Source: Eledone cirrhosa (lineage: Eukaryota). From it: 64,000 bases of DNA. Position 1 is the first letter of the stretch; each line of letters begins with the position of its first letter. Location: NCBI GenBank assembly GCA_964016885.1, contig OZ024742.1:46066001-46130000 (forward strand), in the 5' to 3' direction. The notes beneath the pieces are model-generated. The model saw nothing but the letters and a program-made list of their open reading frames with translations. It was not told where the DNA came from and made no database searches. Both the position numbers and the translations under genes were made by a program. Positions 26,155-40,172 of the stretch are shown piece by piece.

Positions 26155-29100
26155 CATACCATCATCATCGTTTTACGTCTGCTGTTCTATGCTTGCATGG
26201 GTTGGATGGGTCCTCAGTACAGCATCTCTCCACTTGTCACATTCCTTTGTCATCTTCTTGTGAGCTTTAGCAATCTGAGATCAGACTCTCAGCACTTCCA
26301 TCCAAGTTTTCCTTGGTCTTCCTTACAGTGGGATTACATGGCACTTCTTCACCTAGCAATCATCATCCATACCCAACTCGTCTCTATACCAATGCAGTCT
26401 CCTCTCCTGCACACCACTTCTGATTCTTCTTATATCCAGTTTCTCCCTCAGTTCATCCAAGCTTTGTCATTCTTGCACATTAACATTGTACATCCATCGA
26501 AGCAGGCTTGCTTCATTTCTCTCCAGCCTCTGCATGTCCTCTGCACCCACTGCCCATGTCTCACTACCATGTCACATGGCACTTTGCACACAGGTGTCAT
26601 ACAGCTAACTTTTTGTTCATAGGGATAAATCTTTTGTTGTTAGAAAGGGAAGCAGTTCCCTAAACTTCTTCCATCCTGTCCTTATTCTAGCTACTATGCT
26701 CTCCGAGCACCCTCCTCCATTGCTAATTATATCACCCAAGTAACAGAAAATATCAACTACTTCTATGGATCCTTCCTGGGAATAGAAAAAGTTTATATTA
26801 TTTATTTTATTATTGGCTCTCTTACTATCAATTGACCCTGAACATCTCCATACAATATCTTCCTTTTCCTATTAGTCTGCTTGTTATCCCACTACACCTC
26901 TTGTGTACCCAAGATTTGCATTGTGTGCTCCATATAGAGTTTATGCTTAGCTTCTACATATCGAGCAAGGTCACTTCCCTGATGAGATCAGTGCCCTATA
27001 TTATTAAGTTTGATTTTTGCTAAATTTATCCTAAGCCCCTTTGATTTTAAGTTCTCTTTCCACAGTTGGAATTTATTCTCTAGTTTTTCCACATATTCAA
27101 CTATTAGGGCTAGATCATTGGCATTCAGAAGTCCCCATGGACAACCAGTCTTAAACTCCTCTGTTATGGCCTGGAGAACTAGAATAATCAGGAATGGGCT
27201 AAGAACTGAACTCTGATGCACTCTTACCTGTACCTTGAATTCCTCACTAGACTCATTTCCTATTCTCACTTTACTGACAGCTCCTCTGTTCATGGTTTGC
27301 ATTGCTCTTACAAGCCTCTCTTCTACACCTAGTTTCTTTAAGGACCACCAGTTGATCGATCGAGGTACACTGTCAAAGGTTTTCTCTAGATCAACAAAAG
27401 ATCGATATAGAGGCTTACTTATAGCTAAGAACTTCTCTTATAGTTGTCTTACTAAAAAAGAGAGCATCTGTGGTACTCCTAATTGGCATGAAACCAAATT
27501 ACATCTCATCTAATTTGACTCATTCCCTAGTCATTTATACTAGAACCCTTTCTGTCACTTTCATAACTTGATCCGTTAGTTTTATTCCCCTATAGTTGCT
27601 CCTTTCCAGAGCACCACCTTTTCCTTTGTAGCAATTGACTATGTTGCTGCACCAGTCATTGAGTATGGCCCCATCCTGTATTATCTGATTGATTATGTGG
27701 GTGACTAGTTCATTCTTCACATTCAATAACCTCTCATAGTAGTATTTCCAGGCTTCTTTCTTTTGAGTATCAATTATTCTAAGTGCATCAGTGTAATTTT
27801 GAACACACCTTTCATCATCATCATCATCACCGTTTTACGTCCGTTCTTCCACGCTAGCATGGGTTAGACGGGTTGTCCTGTTGTGGGCAGTGTCTGGTCG
27901 GCTGACCATGCCTTGCTCATACAGGAACTGATCTGGCTTGATTTCTACAGCTGGATGCCCTTCCTAACACCAACCTCATTTACAGTGAGTGCTGGGTGCT
28001 TTTTCGTGGCGCCTACACGTCCACTTTACCGTGTGGGCTGGGTGCTTTTTTGCCGTGGCACCTCCACGACCACCTTGCGGTGGGGGCATATTGTCTATAT
28101 GCTTCAGCTTGTACCCATGGGAGGTTGGGTACTCTGTATTACTGCATGACGCCAGAAGTCACGGTCGTGTGTCATTGCCTTTGAGAGGTGTAATTGGGTA
28201 AGGTTGGCTTTTATCACCTCATCCCAGGTCATCTTGGGTCTCCCCATTCCGCGGTTTCCATCAACTTCTAGTGCTCTGCACCTTTTTATGCAGCTGTCAT
28301 CCTTCATACGCATCACATGTCCATACCAGCGCAACTGCCTCTCCTGCACACAGCATTTGATTCCTCTTATGCTCAGTCTCTCTCTTAATTCATTTGTGCT
28401 TTGTCGTTCACGTATATTACTGTTACACATCCATCGGAGCATGCAGGCTTCGTTTCTCTCTAATCTACGTAAGTCTTCCACCTTCAGCGCCCAGGTCTCA
28501 CTACCATGTAACATTGCTGTTCGGATACACGCATCATACAGTCTGCCTTTCATTCTGAGGGAGAAGTCTTTTGCAGCTAGCAGTGGTAGTAGTTCCCTAA
28601 ACTTCTTCCATCCCGTTCTTACCCTAGTTATTGTACTTTCTGAACACCCACCTCCGCTGCTAATTCGGTCACCTAGGTAGCAGAAGCTGTCTACTGTTTC
28701 TACAGAGCCCTCCCAGAGATTGGTGGTACTTGTTTCCTGTGGCTGTTTGCTGCTTGCTGTCTCAGCACAGCTGCTGCATGTGAAGCCTACATTCTTAATT
28801 AAGCTTCCTGAGATCCCGCTACATCTCTTGTGTACCCATTGTTTGCATTTGGGGCAGAGAATGGAGTTCCTACCTACACCTTTCCTACATACTGAGCAAG
28901 GCCATTTCCCTGAGGGGATCTGGGTTCTGTTTTCTCGTCTACTTACAAGGACCTTAGTCTTTGTCATGTTGACTTTGAGACCCTTTCTTTCTAGTCCCTG
29001 CTTCCAAGTTTGGAATTTCTTCTCTAGTTCTACCATAGATTCAGCTATAAGTGCGAGGTCATCAGCATACAGGAGTTCCCATGGGCATCCGGTCTTAAAC

Positions 29101-29700
29101 TCCTCCGTTATTGCCTGCAGGACTATGATGAACAGGAGGGGGCTAAGAACAGAGCCCTGGTGGACCCCAACCTGTACGCTAAATTCCTCGCTATACTCAT
29201 TGCTAATCCTAACTTTGCTGACTGCTCCCCTATACATGGCTTGTACCGCTTTCACAAGCCATTCATCTACTCCTAGTTTTCTAAGAGCCCACCAGATTAC
29301 AGCACGTGGAACTCTGTCAAAGGCTTTCTCAAGGTCGACAAATGCCAAGTAGAGTGGCTTACTTTTAGCTAGGTACTTTTCCTGTAACTGCCTCACAAGG
29401 AAGAGGGCATCAGTGGTGCCTCTTCCTGGTACAAACCTTTCCCCAACACTATCTTTATTTACACTGACACACTGCCTTGCAATGTGGAACACCTCATACC
29501 TCAGATCTTCATGTTGTAAGACATTGGCAAACCTCCAGAGAAATGCCTGTTGCTTGACTTTAATGCCTCTATCTACTCTGCTGTTCCACCACAAGGTCAC
29601 CATCTGCCTGGCTGGCACTTTGATCCAGCTACAAGTCTTTTCAGCTCTGTTTCCAAACAATCAGAAATTAGTTTTTCTAAAGTTCCACCTCCTCTTTCTC
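26155..29700 (-). mobile_element. Old degenerate RTE LINE, split by a younger RTE
   Basis: Broken ORF2 pieces (NCYKGKG..NYRGIKL, EFKTGCPW); ..KDSVGE at 29441 continues as RCVQN..AWKYYYERLLN below 27813. Confidence 0.85.
27814..29434 (-). mobile_element. Young 5'-truncated RTE LINE with open RT and Cys-rich finger, 7-bp TSD
   Basis: FVDLEKAFD, GVHQGSVLSP, YADD; 3'UTR and (GAT)n tail; ACCTTTC at 27807-27813 and 29435-29441. Confidence 0.92.
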
Positions 29701-29949
29701 ACTGCCTACAGTTGTCAATTACTTTGTTAAACATATTATGCTACAATCATACAAGACAAATGTGTCACTCTGAGATATGAAAGGGGTGCAGGGCAGCGTT
29801 GCTTTGCTACCACTGTTTATGACTGGCAATCTCACAGTTACCGGGCAATCTCAGTTTCCACGCTTTCACGGAAGTTTGTTGGCCATTTTGTTATAAGTTT
29901 ATAATGTTTTTAACCTACTTGTATTTAGACAAAACCACAGACAAGATCT

Positions 29950-30900
29950 CTTGAAGAATTCAAGCACCATGCTGAAATGAAAACTTCCAGTATAGAGGAA
30001 TGTTGCTTCAATGATGCCATTTCTAACTTGGTCCTTATTACTATCAAGGACAAAGTATTGTCACTGGGAGGAAAGGTCCTCCCTAGTTTGGTTGTCATAA
30101 ATTTAAGCAGAATCAAGATAATCTTCATCATAAGGTTCTGTGTGAGACACTTTATCTGACTAAATAAGTGTATTTAACAATTATCAGCTGTGTTCAGTTT
30201 CTGTAAAAGTGTATTCATCTTTGATGTACCTGAAGGAACTGGGAAGAAATTTCTTCTATTCTTGGTAAAAGTTTGACAAAAGCAGAAAATTGCACTTACA
30301 ATTGCTTTTACTGTGATTGCAGTAATTCTTCTGGCTGGAAACAAGACAGCCAAATCAACAATTGAACCATGTTAGATGTAATATTAACAAAACAACTGGC
30401 ATGGCAGGGCTGTAAAAAAGTGCAGAAGGATTGGGATGAATGTACAATGTCTCACTAAGTGGCATTATAAGTTCTGAATAGGATATTTCAAGATATCTGT
30501 GAGAAAGTTAATGGGAGGACTTTGGCTTTGGTTAGAGGTACTCAAGCAGATAAACATAACTGTTTTGATACAAAACTTCCCTTGGTTCAATGAACCCAAA
30601 CCACACATTTTAAAGTGTTCCTCTCTAAATTTAAATCTTAATATAATTTTGAATAAAAACATTTTGTTATAGATGTTTTGGTATGAAAAGGATTAACTCC
30701 AACATACACATGCAATAGAACTATCCCCATAGTTAAAGATATCATTCCCTCTCCTTTTTAACCTACTATTCTTTCTGGATGTAGCAAAAGAGAAAATATA
30801 GTAATTCCAAGAATTCTTGTCATCCTTACCGATATGCCATTTCAGTTCATGAGGCTCCAAATCTTCATATGCCTAAACTTTGCAATCAGTGTTCACCAAC
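29950..30900 (+). mobile_element. Highly degenerate Helitron helicase remnant
   Basis: IKDKVLSLGGK, VFIFDVPEGTGKKFL (Walker A), LLAGNKTAKST, WDECTMSH (Walker B), IPRI..TDMPFQFMRLQ in the correct order. Confidence 0.75.
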
Positions 30901-32319
30901 AAATTCGAAGGTCAGACATATGCATTGGAAAGAACAATTTTTTTATGACAGTATTGCCAAGAAAGCTTTGGAACTTTACAGTATCAACTACTGAAATATT
31001 TTCTGCTAGAATTAAGGATTCAGTGCCCTCTAAATCTTATTTACTTGAACTGATTAAACATTTATAATTCTTTAAGCACTGTAAATGTTGTCAGAATAAG
31101 ACATTAAGACGAAAGGAGTAGACTCTACACCCCTAGCTATGTGGTATATCTCAGTTGTACTCTGCTGACAAGATGGTGAAAGCGTTGCTGTGAAGAACAG
31201 CCAGCAACACTCACTACATCAGTCACTTCATTTCATGGAGGTCCTTCCTCAGGTGGGATATAATAACAAAATCCGCTAAAGCACAATTTCACTACAGGTG
31301 AAACCCTATGCTTGCAGTATAGAGATGCCAAGTTTCTTGGTCTTGGTGGTTGATCCAAAGGACCCCAGAGCAATACATGCGACACCACAAAAGTTGCCTA
31401 AATTATGGAACCCCTACCTGACCATCTTAAATTTATTTTAAGAGTTACTTCCTAGCCTTTTCCCAACAATACAGTGAGGCTATTTATTCATAGTAGATTT
31501 ATTGTTAGTGCATATATAGATAAATCTATCTATTGTTTAGCTCCAGGTAAGCACTATTTCAGCAGACATAACTAGTTTAGTGTTAACTACTCCAACATTG
31601 TTTTCTCATAAATTTCTTAATGAAATTTTACAGATAAGTTTTCCCTGATGTCAATGAAAAAAAAATATTTCATTTTTTATTCTGTCAACACACCATTCGA
31701 TTTCATATTGATAATTAATAATATCAATTAGTATAATCATAGATTAACAAGAGGAATGTAATATCATTTTTATAATTGAATTGCGGAAAATAATTTTTTC
31801 CTCATTTAAATTTCATCCACATAATCGTTATTTAAACCTTTGAAAATGTATCTGCAAAATTTCTTTTAAAACATTGCATTAACAAAGTTATGAGAAAACA
31901 GCCAGCGTGTGTGCGTGTGGAAACTAGTTTTACCGTTAAGCAGACCAATGTTAAAAACGAGTTCCACTTGTGACCATACAGTACTTAATCTACATAGTCC
32001 AATGTGGACTTCTTTATTTAAGATAGTAGTGTATGGTATGTGGAGTATGTTGTTGCTATTTCTTGCTGCTTGATCGACCTCAAATATACTGTTTATATAT
32101 AATATATAACACACACACAGAAGTATACCCCAGAATGTCGTTATTTTTTAAATAGTAAGACTTGCTAGATAACTATATGACGAAATATTACATTTACATA
32201 ATATCTAGATTAGTATAGTATAGTTTACTATATTTAAATAATCAGAACATCATAATAAATTGTCAATTAATAAAAATAATTTCTGAACTAAATATAAAAT
32301 GTCAAATTTATGATTGTGT

Positions 32320-32476
32320 TATTTTCCCGCCATCTCATCTTTCTCTATCAATCCCACAATCCTTCACTTGCAACATGGCGAAACCCTAAAATCTGTCAGT
32401 TTCACGGTTTTTCCGGGAGATTTTTTCACATTTCTTTTTAAATATCTTACTCTGATCTCTTCATCTGACGGTAATA
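32320..32476 (+). promoter_or_regulatory. Candidate TA promoter / first non-coding exon of the p53-family gene
   Basis: E2F-like TTTCCCGC (32323-32330), YY1-like CAACATGGCG (32371-32380), possible donor ACG|GTAATA at 32470/32471, within a repeat-poor zone. Confidence 0.4.
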
Positions 32477-34694
32477 TTAATCAGTTTATTCACTCAAATT
32501 ATAAATCCTCATTTCTTTCTACTTTATAAATCATTTGCCCTTATTTAATGTATGTTATTTATAGTTATGTTTCTATTCTCCCATGTGATCTCTTTAAATA
32601 ACAAAATATTTTGATTCCGCTACAGTGTAAGTAAATCTTCTGGAAATGAGTAGTTTTCTACCATTAAACTTTCATTCAAAACATACATTTACACATTTTT
32701 TTTATCACAATCACACACTTTAACTGTTTATTGTTTTAATAATTAATAATAGTATTAAAGCTAGTTCAATAATTATATTTATAGGAGGTGGGTTTATTTA
32801 GGTTTCAGATGAAGGCGATGTTGACATGAGCTTGAAATTGTACTAAAAACAACATATACTTCGCATTTTGATACTCCTGTATTAAATATGTGAAAAGTAA
32901 TTTGCATTTATTTTGTTTATTTACATTGTCAAGAGTTTGTGACGTTCATTCCTTTTCCTTTACTTACTAATCGTGTTAATTATACTAAACAACGAAATTT
33001 CATCAGAAAACCAGATTTTTGGATATAAAATAATTTAAGCGTAGTATCATACGAGGAAATATATTTTAAGTCGTTCATTCCCTTTTTTTTAATGTTTAAA
33101 CTGTTCAAATGTATTTTTTTTATAGGAGGAAAATCTAGATATTTTAAATGAGAGTGAAATTGTTATAATAACTGTTAATTAGTTGATATTGATCAGTTAA
33201 TTAATTGATATTGATCAGTACAGTTTAGGGGGACTATATTTCATATTTATAATCATTGAAACTGATCATGTATTGTGAGTAAAAACTTATTTCTCCAGTA
33301 GTAAATATTTACAGTCTGTCATGACAAACCGGTATTAATTAGTTTCAAATTTATAAATACGTGTGCACAGGTTTTGAAAGTATATACTCCAGACGGGCTT
33401 TCTGATTTATTTGATAAACAGCATATTTTTCATAACAGTCCATATTTATTTTCTAGACACTCAATAGGGTACACAGAATGTTTATAATGTACAAATGCTG
33501 ACAAAAAAACAACAAAACAATAGTGATTGTTTTATTTCATCACGTCACCACTTTTATAATACCGACTTAGATAACAGTATATATATATAATCTTTTTATT
33601 ACAATCTACCCTATTAAAACATTTAAAAAAGAATTTATGCTACCTACTTTATTGTAAGATAACATAAATTAAGCTGTAAAGGAAGTGGTTTACTGTTCTT
33701 TTTTAAAGTGCGCATGGAAGCTAATTTATTTTCATTTACATTCTAATTTAAATAAAGAAATATACATCAAAGCTATTGTTATTTCGCTATAGGTTGGCCC
33801 TGATCGAAGGTTTCCTAGTCGTGACCATCCAGTTTTTTTTTTTCTTTTAGCATAGCTTATCTTTTGTTCTTGCCTTAAAAAAAAAACAAGTTTGGGTGTT
33901 ATATAATGGAAATTTAGTTGCTATTTTTAGCAAGTGAAACAACCATGTAGAGACTTCCTTGTTTGTTCGCTATAAAAAAAATCTATATTTACCACGCTGG
34001 CCTACCTTAAGTATTCTAGCTATAATATAGTATATTTGAAGTCACTTGATCAACTTAATTAGCAGCTACATCGCCCTTGATTATTTCTACAATGTTTAAA
34101 ATGTTTAAATTTAGAACAAAATACCTTCACTGAAACAATAACGATGAGATGATGGCTATGGTTGATGATCAAATTATTTTTCAACCTATGACTACAACTA
34201 TCTGCATCTATCATTATAAATATGAGGCAAAGTAAAATAACTGTTGTGTTTATAGACTTGGTGAATTGCTAAGCAAGTGCTCTATCGACTACTTCAGTAT
34301 TAAAATCAACTGTTCTTGTATAGGGCTCATGTTGGATACTTAACACATACCATATAAATTTGAGATATTGACACTATATTCTAAGAAAAATATTTTTACT
34401 CTTTACCCACCAATATTGAATAGCCATTCAGTTAATGTTTGAATGTATTAAATACGGTATTTTAAACACATTCTAATATATATATGAGTAATTATAACGG
34501 AATATTCCACTATTAATTTTGGTAAGGTGAAAAAAGCTCAATGCGCGCTTGATGTCTATAGTAAGTAGGGATTCAAAACAATCAACTGAGCCTTCTGAAG
34601 GTTAAAGTTCTAAAGACATTGAGGGCGGCAGAGCATAAATATTCTGTATAAAACGATTGTAAAGATTAAAGATGGATTTAATTAAAAAACCTTC

Positions 34695-34738
<44 letters not shown>

Positions 34739-35236
34739 TGTTTTTGAAGAAAACCAAGGGTTTTAAATATATTTATACATATATATGAGAGAAAGATTTG
34801 TATGTATGTATATAGAATGCCTATCGACATTTATTATAATTATCGAAATAATTATTATTGTTTACAAAAAAAAAAAAAGCGATGATTGGATGATTGTCTC
34901 GTAATCTTATTTCCCTCATCTAGCAATGTGAGGGATGGAGGGATAGCAAAAATAGAAAATTTGCATGAGTAAGATTTGCTTTTAAGTTGTATAAAATAAA
35001 ACAGCCTCCTCCCAATAAAATATTATTTTTGTGTCTGATTCGATCAGATCAGATCAAGTCACTCGAAATTATCCAACACTCTTGTCAAAGTAGAAATCGG
35101 CTTATGTCTATATATTTATATGAAAATGATTTTCTGGAGAGGAATGGAAAAATACCAGTTAAATACGGTACTCTATACATTCGTAGAGAAGCTACAAATA
35201 TATTTCATGGAGAAAGGAGTGAAACAGTTCTATTCC

Positions 35237-35610
35237 TCTATCAATTAAACTTACTTCCTAATGGTGCAAAGGGCTTTTCCCCCGGAAGAGAATGGGAGAC
35301 CCTCGGACTTTTCACCCCCTCCCCCGGAGTTTTCTTTATCATTTTACCCCTCTAGTTTTGTTTTCGTGTGCTACATCCGAACATGCTGCAAAAGGAACGG
35401 GAGCACCTTCGAACCTCTCCAGGAGTTTTCTTTACCCCCTAACTCTGACCCAGTGGGGCTTTGCAGCATGTACGGGGTGGGTGTAGGAAGTTGGTAGCCC
35501 ACGAAAACCTGAGGGAAAACACGGTAAAGAAAACTCCCGAGTGCCTACCCTCCCTTTCTGGTAGAAAATAGTCCTTTGCACCATGTTAGGAGGTATGTTT
35601 AATTGATAGA
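35237..35610. mobile_element. MITE with ~38-bp imperfect terminal inverted repeats
   Basis: tctatcaattaaacttacttcctaatggtgcaaagg ... cctttgcaccatgttaggaggtatgtttaattgataga. Confidence 0.75.
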
Positions 35611-36569
35611 ACACGAAACAAATTATTTCCCACTGAAATCGGTGATGGAGTCTTTCTGTAATAATAATACCGAAGTAAAACCTAGAACGTCAACTTTATT
35701 TATATTTGCTCCCCTCCTCTTCTTGTAAACCTGACAATGTCTACTTTATATTTATTTTTCTTATTTGGGATTTCTAAACACGTCGGGGCTGCTTCCGCCC
35801 CCATCGTTTCCTGCTACCGTCTCTTTCTCTCCTTTCTCCCCTTCCTCCTACCGTTTTTATCAACCATCATGACTTAGCAATTCTCCACCGTGTACTTTGC
35901 TGACTGCTGCCATTTATCCCAAGCACATGTCAAATGACGTAATACATTGTTTGTTGTTAGTTTATAGACAACTGTAGATTAAGTTGTTTTGTCTTTTATT
36001 GTTGTTAAACAGATGAAAAGTATTAATATTGCCTAATAAATATATATATAATTTGTAAATACTAATTACGTATTTTATTACACCTTAAAGTGGACATTTT
36101 GCTTTAGATCTACTTAAAATGCTATCGTTATTAAAAAAAAATACGCTTCATTCCCATCATTCGTAATATACTATATCAAAACATAGGAATAAAATATATT
36201 TTCTACATGAATGTATAATACATACGAATGATATATATCTATATGATCTACAAGCGCAAAAAATATTTGGAGTGAGAGGAGTCGGCGGCGTTGTGGTCCT
36301 GTAAATTACAGGTCTTCTCTGGGAAACTTGGCTTGGAAGGGATGTTGTTCTGGAAAGCATTGTAACCCATGTAATAGGAATAATATACAGACCACAACCA
36401 CCATCTCTACCACAATGTTATATGCCTGGACAATGTGGGAAAACAGTCCAATAATACACTGAGCTTTACTAGCATCACTACCTTAATGGTATGCCTGGTC
36501 AATGTAGAACATTCCAATAATGGTGACTATCACCATCGCTACCATAATGATCTAGGTAATGAGGGGTTA

Positions 36570-37460
36570 ACGATCTGCAGTGCTCCAAGCATATGCTGTC
36601 CCAGCGAACAGATTAAAGAAAACACTCTTTAGGTGTGAGATGGTTTAGTAGTTGACAAAGCTGTAACCAGTTTAGTTATGCAGTAGTAAATCTAGACGTG
36701 TGGTGATCGTTGGCCAGAGGTCAAACGATATAGAGGAATGGCTAACTTTATAGGTGACCTAGAGTTCAAGTATGTTTGCTGTATTAGTCAGTGGGTAGTA
36801 AGACAGGTGGTTATCGTATTTAAAAAAAAAAAGGGAGGGGCTAAAGAAGGGCAGATCTGGCTTTATAGTAAAGTAAAGGAAATAAGAAAAGTACAGAAAG
36901 AGCAAGGACTATGGGGAAAGGGAGAAGGTGACAGTGTCGATGTTTTGGCTGCTCTTCTTGAGGACCTCGTTGATAAGGAGAGGTAGGTTGGCAGTGTCAG
37001 ATTGGATTAGAGGCTGAGGCCACTGAACCTTACAGAGAGCTTCACCTGTTGCCAGCCGGCTCCAACATTGTAGATTAATTCTGCATAGCATCGAGTTCAC
37101 CAAGGTGATCTGCATAAGGGTGACAAGGTGCCTTGCACAGCTTGAACAAGATTTTGGGAAGGGCGATGCAGTTCCTCAGGAGGAAGAGCGCCGCCAGGTG
37201 TGTCAATGGAGTGCAACCTCTCTGCCATTCTCAACAGGTCTGTGTGCTTGGTTTCCAGGCACTCTCGTATGGCTTTCGAAAGAATTAGAGAGCCGAAAAT
37301 GCAGGTGTCATCTTTGGGCGTGAAACAAGCCCTGGATAAGACAGGATGGATGTTGAATATAGTGTGAAATTCAGCCTCACCGTGGCTAACGTTTATCAGC
37401 TCAAACTTGGATGGGTAGAAATCCTGAAGTTTGCCTTGAAAAATAAACCGAAGGTAGCTG
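36570..37460 (-). mobile_element. GC-richer degraded element, possibly Penelope-like
   Basis: Composition shift and broken frames only; no diagnostic motif read. Confidence 0.25.
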
Positions 37461-37802
37461 ACTAATAATAAAAATGGATAATTTTAGTATTTTGATAATT
37501 TATTTTTCAATAAATGTAAATTTTATTTTCAGTCATTCTGGAGTGTAAAAACCCAGGTTCTATTTTAGGTATACTGAATAGAACTTTCTATATAGCATTC
37601 TCTATCAGTTGATACTATGTTTACGGTGTTATATGAAAAAACTAAATAAGCGCACATCTCTTTAACGACCTTTAGATTTTGTAAGAAAAACAGATTTGTT
37701 TGAATTCACTTTATTATTTTTTCTTTTGATTTCTGGTTTTCTTTGTTATGAATAGTCATTGACGCAATGAGGTATGATTAAGTAGTTTATTAGTTTATTT
37801 AA

Positions 37803-37992
37803 ATAATTGTTTCTACTTTAGGCACAAGGCCAGCAATTACCAGTGCATTACTGGTACTTTATTTTATCGACCCCGTAAGGATGAAAGGCAAAGTCAACCT
37901 CGGCGGGATTTGAACTCAGATGGTAAAGGGACGTAACTATGCTGGAAAGCATGGCGTCCGACCCTCTACCGATACTGCCAATCCACCGCCCT
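37803..37992 (-). mobile_element. SINE family B (young)
   Basis: Nearly identical to 41600-41779. Confidence 0.9.
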
Positions 37993-38082
37993 TAGTTTAT
38001 TTAAATAATGTAAGATTAAAACAGTTGTGTCTGATCTCTATTCTAATTTTTTTTTTATTTGAAAACAATATGGCAGGTACAT

Positions 38083-38167
<85 letters not shown>

Positions 38168-38521
38168 CATTGTTTAATGTCCATTTTCAACACTAGCATG
38201 GCTTAGATAAGCTGTCCTGTTTTGAGACAAGCCAGGTTGGATGACCATGTTTTACTCACATAGAGCTGATTTTGGCTTGGTTTCTACGGCTGGATGACCT
38301 TCCTAATGCCAATCACTTTTACAGTGTGTACTGGGTGCTTTTTGTCATGGCATCTACACGACTACCTTTCAGTGTGGACTGGGTGACATTCATCACTCTC
38401 TCATAGTAACATTTCCAGTCTTTCTTTTGTGCTAAGTGCACTAGCATCATTTCTAACACATTTTTATCAGGTATATTATATATATATACAAATAATATGG
38501 CAAGTACAAAAATATATATGT

Positions 38522-38553
<32 letters not shown>

Positions 38554-39202
38554 GTATGTGTATATATAAATATAGATATGGCAGATACATTATATGAAAA
38601 AATGTAGAAATGAAAGTTATTTCTTTTTCTCATTAATATTATGGAATGTGAATTGACAAAATAGCTTATTTTGTAAATATAAATTTAATCATTTGTCATA
38701 TATAGTACAACAGTAATGTTCTTAATTAGTTGTATATCAGTAATACAGTAAAGATCTTCATTTGTTGTATATAAGTAATACAGTAAAGATATTTATTTTT
38801 TTGTAAAAATATGGTAATGGTTTTTAATTCAGGCACAAGATCAAGAATTTGGTGGGGAGGTGAAAGTCGATTATTATAAGTCGATCACCTCTATTACTTC
38901 AACTGGTACATTATTTTATTGACCCCATCAGGATGAAAGGCTGTAAATGGACTTGGAACTTAGAATTATAATTTCTGTGGTTAAAAATTAGAGTTTAAAC
39001 TTAGTATATTTTGTAGAGACATTTCAGAAGGAAAAGCTGCATATTTTGTTTGTTTTAAAGGAATGTGTTAACTGAATTTACTTAAATTACATTTCATTAT
39101 TTCTGTTATTTAACATGAGTTGAGCAGTTCTTAAAACATATATTAAACAATATTTTCTTTTATTATAGGTTTGGTAAGGTGGTGATACCATCTGAGTCTA
39201 AA

Positions 39203-39291
39203 ATGGCCTCTCAAGGAATGTCTTCTAATCAAAGGGCTTCACAGGATAATTTTGAAATTTTTTGGAATAATCTGGAACATATTTCACAGAA
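39203..39291 (+). CDS. p53: p53/p63/p73-family gene, first TA coding exon (MASQGMSSNQRASQDNFEIFWNNLEHISQ)
   Basis: Acceptor tattatag|39169, AAAATGG start, donor AA|gtaagt; SQxxFxxxWxxL transactivation/MDM2-binding motif as in molluscan p53 (SQETF..LW..LE). Confidence 0.88.
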
Positions 39292-40172
39292 GTAAGTTAA
39301 AAAATATATCATGAAATTTTAATTTGCATCAGCAGTTTTGTAAATTTTAGTATATTTAAAAATCTAATATACAGTAATTTCACCATCAGAATCAACATTG
39401 TCCACTTTCCTCAGTAGCAATATTTGGCATTTGTGAGTTTATTCTGATTCAGTGGATGGTAAATATCTCTACATTTCAGCATTCACCTATGTTTATATAA
39501 ATGTTGTTCTTTGAGTACCATTCACTTGTTAACATCTTCACCATGCAGGCATAGGTTGGATGGAGTTGTTACAATCTGTTAGATTTTATTCAGAGTTACT
39601 GCCTTCGAAAAGAGTCAGGGCTAATATTCCACTCCTACATTATATTTTAAGCATGGTTGCTACAATTTGGTGTATGTTTGAAAATATCTACAATGGGTGG
39701 CTGCAACTTACTGCTGTAAGTGGTGGGAGTACTGTATAACTTTTGAATGCTTCATTCATTAGTTTGCAATAAATGGCTCAAGATACACCTGCAATAAAAT
39801 GTCTGTTCAGTTGTCCAGTGCTATAACTGGTATGATAAATTACAGCCCATCTTCCCTACTAAGTAGGGAATTGTCTGGAGCAGAGATTCAAACATCCTGA
39901 TGGATTGCCATTATGTTGACACACCCACTTTGCCAAACCTATGAATTCATCATAAATTTTTATTAGGAGCTGATATGACTCCAAAAGATGTTAGCTTAGT
40001 TATATTATAGATATGGATGTTGGTGTAAAGTTGATATTTAGGGAATATTTTTTTTCATATAATTACATAAAAGGACATTTTCTTACATTACTATGATGAT
40101 GACTGTGAAAGAGTTTGAGATCACTTGAAATGGTTTTTAATTTATTGATTTTATACTTTTTTTAATTTTTAG

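Noticed and set aside
28104-29660. 518-aa ORF as a domesticated or internally deleted RT gene
   Set aside because: Explained by a nested insertion with a TSD
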